From: Amoebophrya sp. A120
Taxonomy: Eukaryota > Protista > Dinoflagellata
NCBI GenBank assembly: GCA_905178155.1
Contig: CAJINV010000005.1
Coordinates: 4,837,394-4,901,393 of the forward strand
Direction: 5' to 3'
DNA: 64,000 nucleotides
Of this stretch, positions 36,672 to 47,284 are shown one piece after another. The notes beneath the pieces are model-generated. The model was not told where the DNA came from and did not search any database. It saw nothing but the letters and a program-made list of their open reading frames with translations. Every line of letters starts with the position of its first letter. The first letter of the stretch is position 1. The translations under genes were made by a program, and so were the position numbers.

Positions 36672-39600
36672 TCACGAGTGGGCGCGTGTGTTCAGTTTTC
36701 GGCAAAGAACACCCGAATCACCATTCACATACATAGGGCCTTTTTGCCAATCTGCAACGGGTCTTCTCCCAGTGGCGCTTGATGCATTTGCTGCTCCGTG
36801 CAGATGCAGAATGCAGCTAAATATGAAGTAAACACGTTCTGTATCAGCCGTGCCACAGGTGCTCAAAGTGGGTAAGAAGTATCTTCTCGGCGTAAACGGC
36901 GCCAACGCGGAGTCCCGTGGTCTTGGTGGCGGCGGAAGCGCAAGCGGTCCTCCTGCTTGATCTGCCGCTGGTTGAGCTGCCGCTGGTTGAGCCGCGGCAA
37001 GGGGAACACCACCAGCATCATTTCATATGCAAGGAAGGAAAACTGCGCGCCGTCTCCACACGCTCCATACAAGAAGAAAGACCGAGACGCCGGCCCTATC
37101 CGACGAGGGATGTGGACTCGCTCTTTCCGCTCATCGTGAAATCTGTCATGCAAGAAGTACATGATCAACCGTAGTACCACAGGTTTCGCATGACAAGTTC
37201 TGGAATGCGAAACCGCACTCCAATTACTTATCAGGCGAAATATGTATTGCAGAAAGTGGAACGCTCTGCGAGTCTGTCATGCTCATCATGCAATAGCACA
37301 AAATCCAGCCTCTATCCTAACGATGGAGATTGTAAAGTTTGAGCAGGTCATAAACAAAAAAGTTGTTTTCTACAGTGAAGCGGAGACGACCACAGCACGC
37401 ATTTTTCTCCCATGATACCGAAAAGTGTGCGTGTTGGAGGTCCACTGTGACTTTGGGCTGGTGGAGGCTTCGGGCGCGTTGTGCCAAGATTAAGACCGGG
37501 ACCGCCCAATACCGCCGGGTACCCCTTCGCAACTGGCGGCGAAAGCGCAGGCGGTCCTGCTGCGGCCGGCGCCGCTTCTCTTCCTGCTTGAGCTCCCGCT
37601 GCTTCAGCTGCCGCTGCTTGAGCTGCCGCTGCTTGAGCTGCCGCTGCTTGAGCTGCCGCTGCTTGAGCTCCCTCTCCTTGAGCCGCCGCAGCGGGATCAC
37701 CACCAGCACCAGATCATATGCAAGGAAGGAACACTGCGCGCCGTCTCCACACGCTCCATACAAGAAGAAAGAGCGATACGCCGGCCCTATCCGACGAGGG
37801 ATGTGGACTCGCTTGTTCCGCTCATCGTCGTGTAGTCGAAACCATCTTAGTGGTCGAATTATAGATCCGTGAGGACAAGCATTGAAAGAACTAAACATCC
37901 CAGCCAAGTACACCCAGTGGCGCTGGCGCGTCTCTACATCGTCTCTCGAGTCGATTCATGCCCAATGTAGTGCCATGCCCTCGACCGTTGCCGTTCTTTG
38001 CATTTCGCACATGAACTCCTCGTCATAATACAGATTTTTCCCGGAGATGAATCATGCAGGAACAAAAAAGTACTTAGCTTTCTACGGTGAAGCGGACTCG
38101 ACCACAGCACGCATTTTTCTCCCATGATACGCTGAAATGTGTCTGTTGGTACACGGTAGGCAGAGAAAGGTACCGGCGGTCCAGGATTATTGTACCCACC
38201 TGGTCGATATTCCACCGCTGGTCCCGCCACTGGCGCCCCTCCAACGTTCGGTCGCTGTCTCTCCGATGTGGCCGGAGCCTATCAAGCTGGAACAAACCCA
38301 CCTACCCCAACCACCGCAGCTGAGTTCGCCAGAAGCTGAACCCGTGGCTTTCCACCCTACTCGACGTCTCGTCCGAGAACCAACTTTTTTTCCATGCAAT
38401 AAAACAACTTCATCTAAATCGCGTACCTCGCCAGAGTTTGTAGTTCAAATATGCGCTTGATAAACTTTCAGTTTCGTGACTCCGACACACGTTTTGCAAA
38501 TGTAAGTGCTTTTTTTTCCGCGCCGGCAACTGAGTTGCCAAATTATTGCATTCAGTGGTCAAAGTCCGACGAAAAAGCTTGCCATGGGTGGTGGTGGATC
38601 TGTTTTCACAGCGATAAGGGAACTTGTGGTGGTTGGGCGCCGAGTAACTCTGCGGCCAAGTCATCAAAATTAGGCACTTCTTCTATCAATGGGTCTTGTT
38701 TTCGGCTGGGGGCAGGAGGCTCCAATGGACCATCTGCGGGAGGTGGGGGACCCGACTGCGGTGGCGAGCCTGCTCCAGCGCCGCCTGCTGTTACTGAGGC
38801 TGCCGAAGCCTGCGGCGGCAGTACCGGCGAATCTTGTTGGGCCAGTAGGAGACCCGGAGCCGTGGCTACTGCACCCGCCGCACCAGCTGCTCCGCCTGCT
38901 CCTGCAGGACCGCCAGCGCCGTCCAAGCTCGCAACCATCGCCGGTTGCGGCCTTCTTGCAACGGAAGCCTGCGGCGGCAGGTCGACCAACGAGCCTGCGG
39001 CGGCAGGTCGACCTCCCTGCTGCGGTTGAAGCTGAGAAGCCGAATCGGTGCCAGGTGGTAGAACGCTTCCCGCTCCAGGTCCTGCACTCGCGAGAGAAGT
39101 CGCCGGGGTCGCGGGTTCTGCCTGACCGGGAACACCTCCACCTGCCGCGGATGCCATACTCGCCAAAGATGGTCCAAGGTCGTCGTCGCTATCTGGCATG
39201 AAGGGTCCAACGCCACCTCCAACATCGCCAATTCGTCCACCTTCACCAAAGTCACTACCACTTCCCGGCTGCCTGTGCTGCGGTAACAAGGAAGTCGGAA
39301 AAAGCTCGATTACAGGAGCTGAGACTGCTTCGACCTGTGGCGCGAGCGGTCGCTGACCGGAACCTATCCTGAGTAAAAACATCCCCATGCCAGAGTCAAG
39401 ATGGGAAATCTGCTAGACAAATTAGCCAGCTTTGGTTGTTTCGCATGACAAGTTTGTCCTCGTAGTGTAATCCTGTTGAGGTAGTTCAGAAGCATCACAG
39501 ATCCAGCATATCATGCTGACTACATCACAAATTTCAAAACACGACTAGAAATAAGTGCTTCTCATGGGGCTCCGCATGAGAAACTTTTTTGGCATGCAGA

Positions 39601-42600
39601 TTTGCATGAGAACTCTGGGGTGGGCACGTTTTTACACAGGATAGAACCTCCTCCACCTCCCCTGGGTCCCGCACCCGGGCCCGCCGGCATCACCGGCGTC
39701 CTTTCTCCCACTCCCCCTCCCGCGTAACTGGCGGGAGGGCGAGAAAGTGACGACGCGGCGCTTCCCGCAGCGGCCTGTGCAGACCCTGCATCCGCAGCCG
39801 ATGCAACAGGTGCCGTATCAGGCCCCGCCGGCACCACCGGCGTCCTTTCTCCCACTCCCCCTCCCGCGTAACTGGCGGCAGGGCGAGAAAGTGACGACGC
39901 GGTGCCTCTTGCAGCGGTACTTGCAGATCCTGCACCCGCAGCCATCGCATCGCCGGCCCCAGAATGTGCTGGAGGTTGAGCCGATGCAGAAGGGTCCGGC
40001 GGTCCCAGAAAAAGATCTCCTCCATCGTCAAACCCTCCCAAACCCGCCTGGCCCCCACCACCAGACACAGTTCCCGCATCGCTGCTCAAGGTAGAGCGCC
40101 CTGCTGATCCCGGAACACTCGCCGAACCGGATTTAGAAACACCAGAAGCGTGGTCAGAATCAGAATCGCTCTCCTCCGGAATGGTGTCGAGGCGTGTTGT
40201 CCGCAAGCGGTCCTCGTCAGTGGGTCGCCCCATGCTTCCCGCGTCTCCACCAACAAGTCCGACTTGCGGAACAGGACGTCCGACAAAGGTGGCAGCGCTT
40301 GGCGCTGCAACGGTTGGAAGCAGAGGGGAGTCCGCAAAAGGTCCAAGCGGAATGTCGTGGGCCCAAATGGCGGGTTGACCCCGTGGACCCAGCAAGCCCG
40401 GTGCCTGTAGATCAGACTGCTGCGCCAGCCCCGGTCGTTGCCGTGGTGCTTCGTCCGCGGGCCCCCCTCCCATGTCCGAGGAACTGGGACCTGCAATAAT
40501 AGAACCAGAAGGTGGTGACGCGGAAGCGCGTCCTGTCGCGGTACCTGCCGCCTCTGCACCTGCAGTCCTCGCATCCCCGGCCGCGGGGTGTAGCTCCGTC
40601 GGTGCAAAAGGTGCCGCAGCAGGTTCCGGCGGTACATCAAGGCCACCTCCAACGCCAAATCCCCCACCCCCGCCACTAAATAAAGTGCGGGGCGGACGTA
40701 CTGTCTGGAAAGGGTCGCGGGCCCCTTGCATTTCTCCCGCGCCTCCGCCTCCAATTCCGACTTGCGGAACAGCACCTCCAAGAGAAGTTGCATCGGTCGG
40801 CGCTGCTAGACTTAGTGGACGAAGGGGGTCCGCAAAAGGTTCAAACTGCGACCGCGCGTTATGCGGATCGCCGTCACTTGCTGCCACGGCAGGTCGTTGT
40901 GAATCCAGGACGCCCGCTTGTTGGGGGTTCAACGCATCGGTCGGTGCGAGACCCGGTTCGAATTTCATGCCAGGGTACTGGTGTAAGTTGTTCGGAATAG
41001 ATGCAGCAAACGGGTCCGCAGCGGGAAGAGCCGAAGGTCCTCCGTCTACTTGTTCTCGCGAAAGCGGATGCTGCCTCGAGTCTGCTGGCCCAACATCGCT
41101 CGCCGAACCGAGATGATCAGAAAGAACACCAGAAAGAACAGAAGGGGTCCGGCTCCCTCCCCCCAACGCACCGGGATGCACTGGCTCGAATGGCGACGCA
41201 CCGGGAGGCTGCAGCAGTCCTCCCCCACCTCCGCCAGTTCCCATCCCGCCTTGCAAAGAACCTCCCCCAAAAGAGGACGCGCCGGCGCTCAGCTGTGTTG
41301 AAACGGGTGTTGGAGGAACGGAGCTCCCAAGAGATTCGCCGTCACTTGCTGCCATGGCGGCTTGGCCTCGTGGATCCAGCAAGCCCGCTGGCGGTAGACC
41401 CGATGGCCCCGGCTGCGCCAGCCCCGGTTGCAATGCCGCTTCACGGTAGTCGTGCAAGCTGTCCAGAGTAAACGGCCCCGCAACGGGAAGCATTGCAGTT
41501 CCTCCGCTTTGTTCTCCCGAAGGCTGCTGCGGCTGTCCGAGTGGCGAGTACAGGCTCTGTGCTGGGTCCGCAAGAGAACCGGGAAAACGACGCTCTCCGC
41601 CGTCATAGAAGGGCTCTTCTTGGGGGAGAACAAAGGGGGCAGTGGCAGCACCACCGAAAGCCGGTTCGCCGATGGCAGGATACGTCGGAGCCGCCGCACT
41701 TGAAGAGTACGACGCAGCTGCGGCCGGGTAAAATGGCGTAGCAGCAGCAGCGGGCGGATATGATCCCGCCGAAGAAATAAACGCCGGTGCGCTGCCCCCG
41801 CCTGCCGCAGAATAAGGCTCCGCGGCGGTCGCACGGTACCCTCCTCCTCCTCCCCCCGGAGGATAACTCCCCGTCCCCACGGCGCCAACAGCGGGTCCTC
41901 CTCCCGCGAACGCATTAACACCGGAGTCTCCGCTCAACCTGCCACCTCCAACAAAGGGTAGTTGCGCCGGAACTGCGGCCATTGGAGCTCCAGCGTGGGC
42001 AGCTGCCGGTTGTCGTGCGCCCGCTTGGGCAGCAGCTCCCACTTGTCGTGCTGCGCCCGCTTGTCCGCCGACTTGCGCTCCCGCCCCGGCAAGTTGTTGG
42101 CGTTCGTCCGAAGGAGTTGTCGCCTCGTTGTAGTAGTGGGAAGGCTATCCATTGCAAATATGTCTGGGTCTGGATGTGTCATGCTAGGCTCGCAACACTC
42201 GTAAGTCTGTCATGCGCGTTACCTTTGAGCCCTGTTTTTCTGTGATGCAGAAACGCAGTTTGCCATGCAGAAGAGGCAACACTTAGAAGCTCCGAAACTT
42301 GTCATGCTGAGCCACTACTTGCGGACTCCACATGCTACGTCACTACAGCAATACAAGTTTCCAGAAGCAGACCTATTTGCATTTCGTAAGCGCGGCGGCA
42401 GTTGGTGCCCGTAGTGTTCAAAGTGTGCCGCGACTGCCGCCCGGTGCGCGTCATCTACGTGCCGCAGATGCTCCGGTAGATTGTGGCCGGACATCACGGC
42501 GCGAATCGCCGCCTCTTGCGCTTCCCGTTCCGGGCTGCCCGGGGGATAGTCGTGGTTTCCCCCGGCGGCCTCCACGAGCCAAGCTTTAGGCTGGTACTTG

Positions 42601-43235
42601 CTGCCCGGTAGAGGGTAATGGTCCAGCCGGGTCCTCGCGCCGCTCGGAAGCTGGTGCTTTTCCCGCATTTTTGTCCTCTTGGCCACGAAAGAGGAGGCGG
42701 ACGCACGTCCAGGACGAGACCCTGCAGCCTCATCGGTAGCACCGAGGACAGCTTCTCGCTCCTGCCGCTTGTGGTTGTGCAATCCTGCAGCAGGAGCAAG
42801 CTCTCGTCCGCCTTCCCGCCGCTGGTTCCGGAGGTATTCGACCGTATTTTTGCGACTCAGCTGTAAGTACACCTCGGGCGGATGCAACACGTCGTCGGCG
42901 GATTCATCGTCTTCAAAAATGTCGAGGGTTGGACGATGGTTGTGGTGTTGGTGAATATTAAAACCGTAGTTTTTCTCATCGACATCGTCCTCCTCATCAT
43001 GTTGATCGGCGTTCAGATTCTTGTTCGTGATTTTGATGTTCTTGTTGTGTTCTAAATCTGTATTCGCCTGCTCCTGCTTCCTGACCCCGGCTGCGAATTT
43101 CACAAAATTGTTCCCGGAAAAGAACACGACAAACAGCTTGGAAAAGGAGCCCACCGCGGCGCAAGACGGAAGAAACCCCACACGACGTGTCGCCCGGGGG
43201 GAAGACCGGCCGCAGGTGGGGAACAGGGCAGCCAT
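36672..43235 (-). CDS. Long Gly/Ala/Pro-rich protein with N-terminal hydrophobic segment, at least 5 introners; 3' end uncertain
   Basis: ORFs 42315-43235, 39562-42042, 38606-39388 and 37934-38230, a segment at 37418-37711, and ORF 36672-36905 join in frame after excising each element plus 5 nt. Confidence 0.6.
37026..37417. mobile_element. Introner family H
   Basis: Both ends near-identical to those of 37717-38129; weak TIR, no TSD; frame restored by excision plus 5 nt. Confidence 0.7.
37584..37684. repeat. 15-bp minisatellite (ctgccgctgcttgag)n encoding QAAAA repeats
   Basis: Visible tandem units; related units at about 36960-36995. Confidence 0.85.
37717..38129. mobile_element. Introner family H
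   Basis: Paralog of 37026-37417; gives TFQRGAGGDP when excised. Confidence 0.7.
38280..38616. mobile_element. Degenerate introner
   Basis: TATC ends, weak TIR; excision plus 5 nt joins ORFs 38606-39388 and 37934-38230. Confidence 0.65.
39365..39643. mobile_element. Introner family D, inverted relative to the 11950 copy
   Basis: TSD gaacc/gaacc. Confidence 0.9.
39680..39925. repeat. Tandem duplication of about 123 bp within coding sequence
   Basis: ccggcgtcctttctcccactccccctcccgcgtaactggcgg twice; encodes ASSLSRP.ASYAGGGVGERTPV twice. Confidence 0.85.
42146..42388. mobile_element. Introner family A
   Basis: TSD aaggc/agcgc (degenerate); frame restored. Confidence 0.8.
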
Positions 43236-44224
43236 GATGTAACTTCTTGGTAGAAGCAGGATGAGAATCCAGTACTACACTGGAGCTTTTTATTGATTGG
43301 CCTTGTATATTAGCTGCAATTGGGTTGCAATTGCACGTTTGCTTGTTTGCAGTGGTTTGTTGTTGTTCACCTTCAGGATCGGAAGAGAATGTTGAACTTG
43401 AAAATCAATCAGGTCGCAATAATGTACGGTGAAGCGGGGCGTGAAAAAGTTTTGTCGGTTAGCGAAGTGTTTACTATGCTGGGAGTGGGAGCAAAAACTT
43501 CCTGTTTTTTTTTTCAACAATTATACGAGAAAAGTCATTTACGGCATTCGCCTTTTACAATACGGAAAATCTAAATTGTCTTGGTAGACAGCGCACGTAC
43601 GAAAAGCGGAGGAAAGAAGTACTAGAGCATCTTCTTCATTGAACGAATACGATGTACCGAACAATTGTTCTTATACGCTTTGCAACACAACAGGCCAACA
43701 GGCGCACGAAAGAGACCGAAAAGAAGAAGCTGAGGCCAAGTACAGATTGCTATTTTCGAAAAAGTAGACCGACGAGTTGTATCAAGATCAACTTCTAAAA
43801 ATCGCTCTATCAACTGTACGAAGGACTAGAGCGTCGTAGTCGTACTGACCGAAAGAAGCATAGACCACGATTGTGCAGCAAAGGACGAAAATTCGAAACT
43901 AGGACATGGAGCAAGACCGAGCGGAGATGACAACGCTTGTATTCAAGAAATACAACCGAATAGGAGCATAAAAGTACACCTCTCAAAAGAGCACCGAAAA
44001 AGAGAAGTCGTAAAAAAAAAACAAACATCCTGAACCGGCGACATTTCAAAATACCGAGGGGAGCATCGGAAACTACGCCAAGCCGTGTGTAGAAACGGCA
44101 CGGGAGAGTGCATATGCACTAGTGCTTTGCGTGCTTGTTCACAAAAAAATGTCTTTTTTGAAGTGAGATGCAGCAGCTGATTCTACTGCATCTCCGTAGT
44201 TTCATTCCTGCACAAAAAAGCCGA

Positions 44225-46346
44225 TCACTTTTCCCAGTTTAATTTCTTTTTCACCTCCTCTTGAAAGTCCGTCGGTAGAAAACTAAAGCAGAAACTCAAA
44301 TGGCTTCGGCTCGCTTCCGTTTCTCGCATGGTGGATTCGAATTCCTTGGAAATTTCAAACACCTGTAGCAGCGGTTCCACTTCCACTTCTACTTCCCCCT
44401 CTTTGCTCTCCTCCTGCCCGTTGCCAGCTGAGGTCGCTGTGGTTTCTTTTTCTGCCATTTCGTCCGCCATTGTCATCAGAATCTGCAGAATGTCTTCCAG
44501 CAAATCCGGTTCGAGCTTGTGAAAAATCTTGCGGCTTTCCGACACCTTTATTGTCGTGGCCAGTAGCCGTACTTTCGCCTCCGTTCCCTTCGCTCGGTGC
44601 CACGCGGTTACAAATTCGCTCAGGCGCGTCAGTATGGATTGCAAAAATGTCTGGGTCTCGAAGGTTGGAACTTGTGATCCTAACTTTGGACTCTAAAAAA
44701 TTCTGTATTGCATAAACAGCAAGAGGAGTCCGGTTTGTGCTACGCGTGGAGGGGATTTGTCATGCGGAATAGGCAGCAGGAAGGCCTCTAAACATCTGTG
44801 ATGCTAGGGCTTCCATGGCAGACATTCTGTGTCATGCAAAAACAGCATAAACAAATTTCGGATTCTTCCAGACCCAGACATTTTTGCATTTCATAGTCAG
44901 CTTTTTCGCCTTGCTGCTTGTTCCGGCTTGCTTGTTGCCATCGGCGCCGGAGGGTATGGAAGTGGAAAATGGTCGAGAGTCTACCAACTGTACTAGTTGC
45001 TGCTTCTCTTTTTGCAATCGGAACAAGTGACTTTTGCAGAAACACAGAAAGAATTATTGCAGCAATGAAGCAGAAGATCGAGCAAGAGAAACTGTGCAAC
45101 TAACTACACTGAGCAAGAAGGTATCAAATGTAAAAATGTCTGGGTCTGGAAGATTGTCATGCTAGTCTGGCATGACTCTGCACTCTGTATTGCGCGGCCA
45201 CCAACAGGTCCCCTTGCCTGTCATGCAAAAGCGCAGTTTCTCATGCGAAATACGCATCACAGAAGCACGAAAAAACTTGTCATGCTTGGCGGCGCATTAC
45301 AGAGCACTTATTGTTCACGGACTTGCATCACAAGTTTCCAGACCCAGACATTTTTGCAGTTCATAGAAGGAACAAAACCACCGATTTCCACAGTCCCATA
45401 CATGCGGAGCTGCTGGAGGAAGTCTGCTTCAGTGCGGGGTCTGCGATTTCATTTTATCCATTCGATTTTCCTATCTACTACTTCTTCCTGCATGACAAAC
45501 AACAGCACGAATGCAGAACTATGCATGCCAATAGACTACAGTTCGAAACAAGAACTACGAACTCCTAATATACCGCCCCCCTGCCTCCCGTACTTGTTGT
45601 GGTCGAGACACTTCGGCGGGGCCTGAAAGTCCCTCTTGTTGATCGGCTTCAGCGTGCAGCCCGCGACCAGCTGCTCGAATTGGTGGTAGGTGGGCGCTAT
45701 GAACTGCAAAAGTATCCGATACTTGTATAAATGCATTACAAATTTCCTCCGCGTGAGAAATAAAATTTGTAATGCGGATTCACCTTAAGAACAAGATTTG
45801 TAATGCATGATTACAATACGAGTATCAGATGCTATTGCACAGGATAGGCGCCTGGTAAACGGCGCGCTTTTTCGCTTCGTCGACGGTGTCCCGCTTCCAA
45901 TCTTCGTAAACGCCGGCGGTGACCTCGTTTTTGAACTGGTCAAAATTACTGGGATCGAATATCGTAAGAAAAAATCCCCCCTCCCCATATCGAAAAGGCC
46001 CGCCTCAGAGCATTTGTGATGCTTATTTGTGGCCACAAATCGCATCTGTCTTGCTCTTGCAAGAAAGCAACCGCATAGGCTGCGCCCCATTATGCAGGCG
46101 ATTTGTAATGCTGTTGGGCCTACAGCGTAGACGTTCCTCATGCTAAGTGCCTAGGTCGTAACCTCTCTAGATCGGCATGATATGGGCCTGCACTCCTCTA
46201 GTGCAAGACAAATCTGATTTGTGTACTTACGCAAATCCAGCATCAGAAATTTCGTTTTGATGTGGGGAGGGGGGATTTTTCATTTTGATATCGAAAACCC
46301 CCTGGTCCGGCCGGAACGTCAACTTTTCCTGCTTCAGGATCGGCAT
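44225..46346 (-). CDS. CCDC103: CCDC103-like axonemal dynein attachment factor (Dynein_attach_N plus RPAP3_C)
   Basis: Spliced FDPSNFDQFKNEVTAGVYEDWKRDTVDEAKKRAVYQAPTYHQFEQLVAGCTLKPINK matches CCDC103 AK.RAV.Q..SY.EF...V....LKP. C-terminal EFVTAWHR...KIFHKLEPDLL...LSFCFSFL. Confidence 0.85.
44633..44895. mobile_element. Introner family A, inverted
   Basis: TSD gtcag/gtcag. Confidence 0.9.
44955..45400. mobile_element. Old outer introner hosting a nested family A copy
   Basis: Weak TIR tatggaagtggaaaatgg versus tatgggactgtggaaatcgg; excision plus 5 nt keeps CCDC103 in frame. Confidence 0.6.
45122..45365. mobile_element. Introner family A, nested
   Basis: TSD gaagg/gaagg. Confidence 0.9.
45698..45846. 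mobile_element. Introner family B
   Basis: TSD ggcgc/ggcgc. Confidence 0.9.
45960..46290. mobile_element. Introner family F
   Basis: TSD tcgaa/tcgaa. Confidence 0.9.
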
Positions 46347-47284
46347 CTTGGTCAGTTTCGCGGTGGTACAATAGGGCTCTTTGATATCCTCGGAGTATCT
46401 TTTTAATACAACAAGGGTTGTTGCTATCACCAAAGAAAAGGTAGATATTTTTTCTCTAATATCAGTTTTTGTTCCGCTTGCGCTTTGTCGAACGTTGTCT
46501 TCGTTGGCAAGAACCTCAACCTCAACAGTAGAATCAAACTCCCAACTCTACTCCTCGTTCTCTAAGCCAAGTTCGACCTACTAACTTTTCATCAAACACC
46601 TTCAAGAACTTTACATCGATATTAACTTTTTCTCGTGCAAACAGAATTAAAACCTGCTGGTGAAATGAATACGAAATCAACGACCGGCTAGAAAAGTCAG
46701 TTGAAACAAACACGGCGGGCAAGTGATCATGATCTGATCACTTGCCAACACGAGACGCGCCTTCTGCGCAGCTCCGGTAGACACTACAAGCTGCGTCATG
46801 TTCGTATGCGTTGGCGTTCTTGCATAACAACCAATCTAAACCGCATCAAACTGCGTCTGCCGGCAAGTGCAGTGTCACGACAAAACCAAAGTGTAAAAAC
46901 TTCTCCGGTGGAGGTGATAACAGTTTGGTCCTGCGCACAACAAGAACTTCTAAACAATAAACGAGGAAATAAACAAAATCGAATAGGCCAAACGCAAACC
47001 AATTCGCAATTATACCTGCTGATGAATTATCTAACGCAAGAACTTGTTAAGCTTTTGTTGTTCCGATCAACGGAAGATAGCGTATAATTTGTTTGTTGTT
47101 TATTCAAGACGTGGCTCTTGAAAGTCTCGCTTTCTGCTCACGTGTTGTTAGAGCTACTTTAAGAAATACAAAGCAAGGAACTATCTAAAGGTACTTTTGG
47201 ATGCAAAACGGACAGCTTTTCGTCCGATAAAAACAGTTCGCGTAGATGAAGAAGATAATATCGTCGCAGCTTTCGCAGTAGCAC

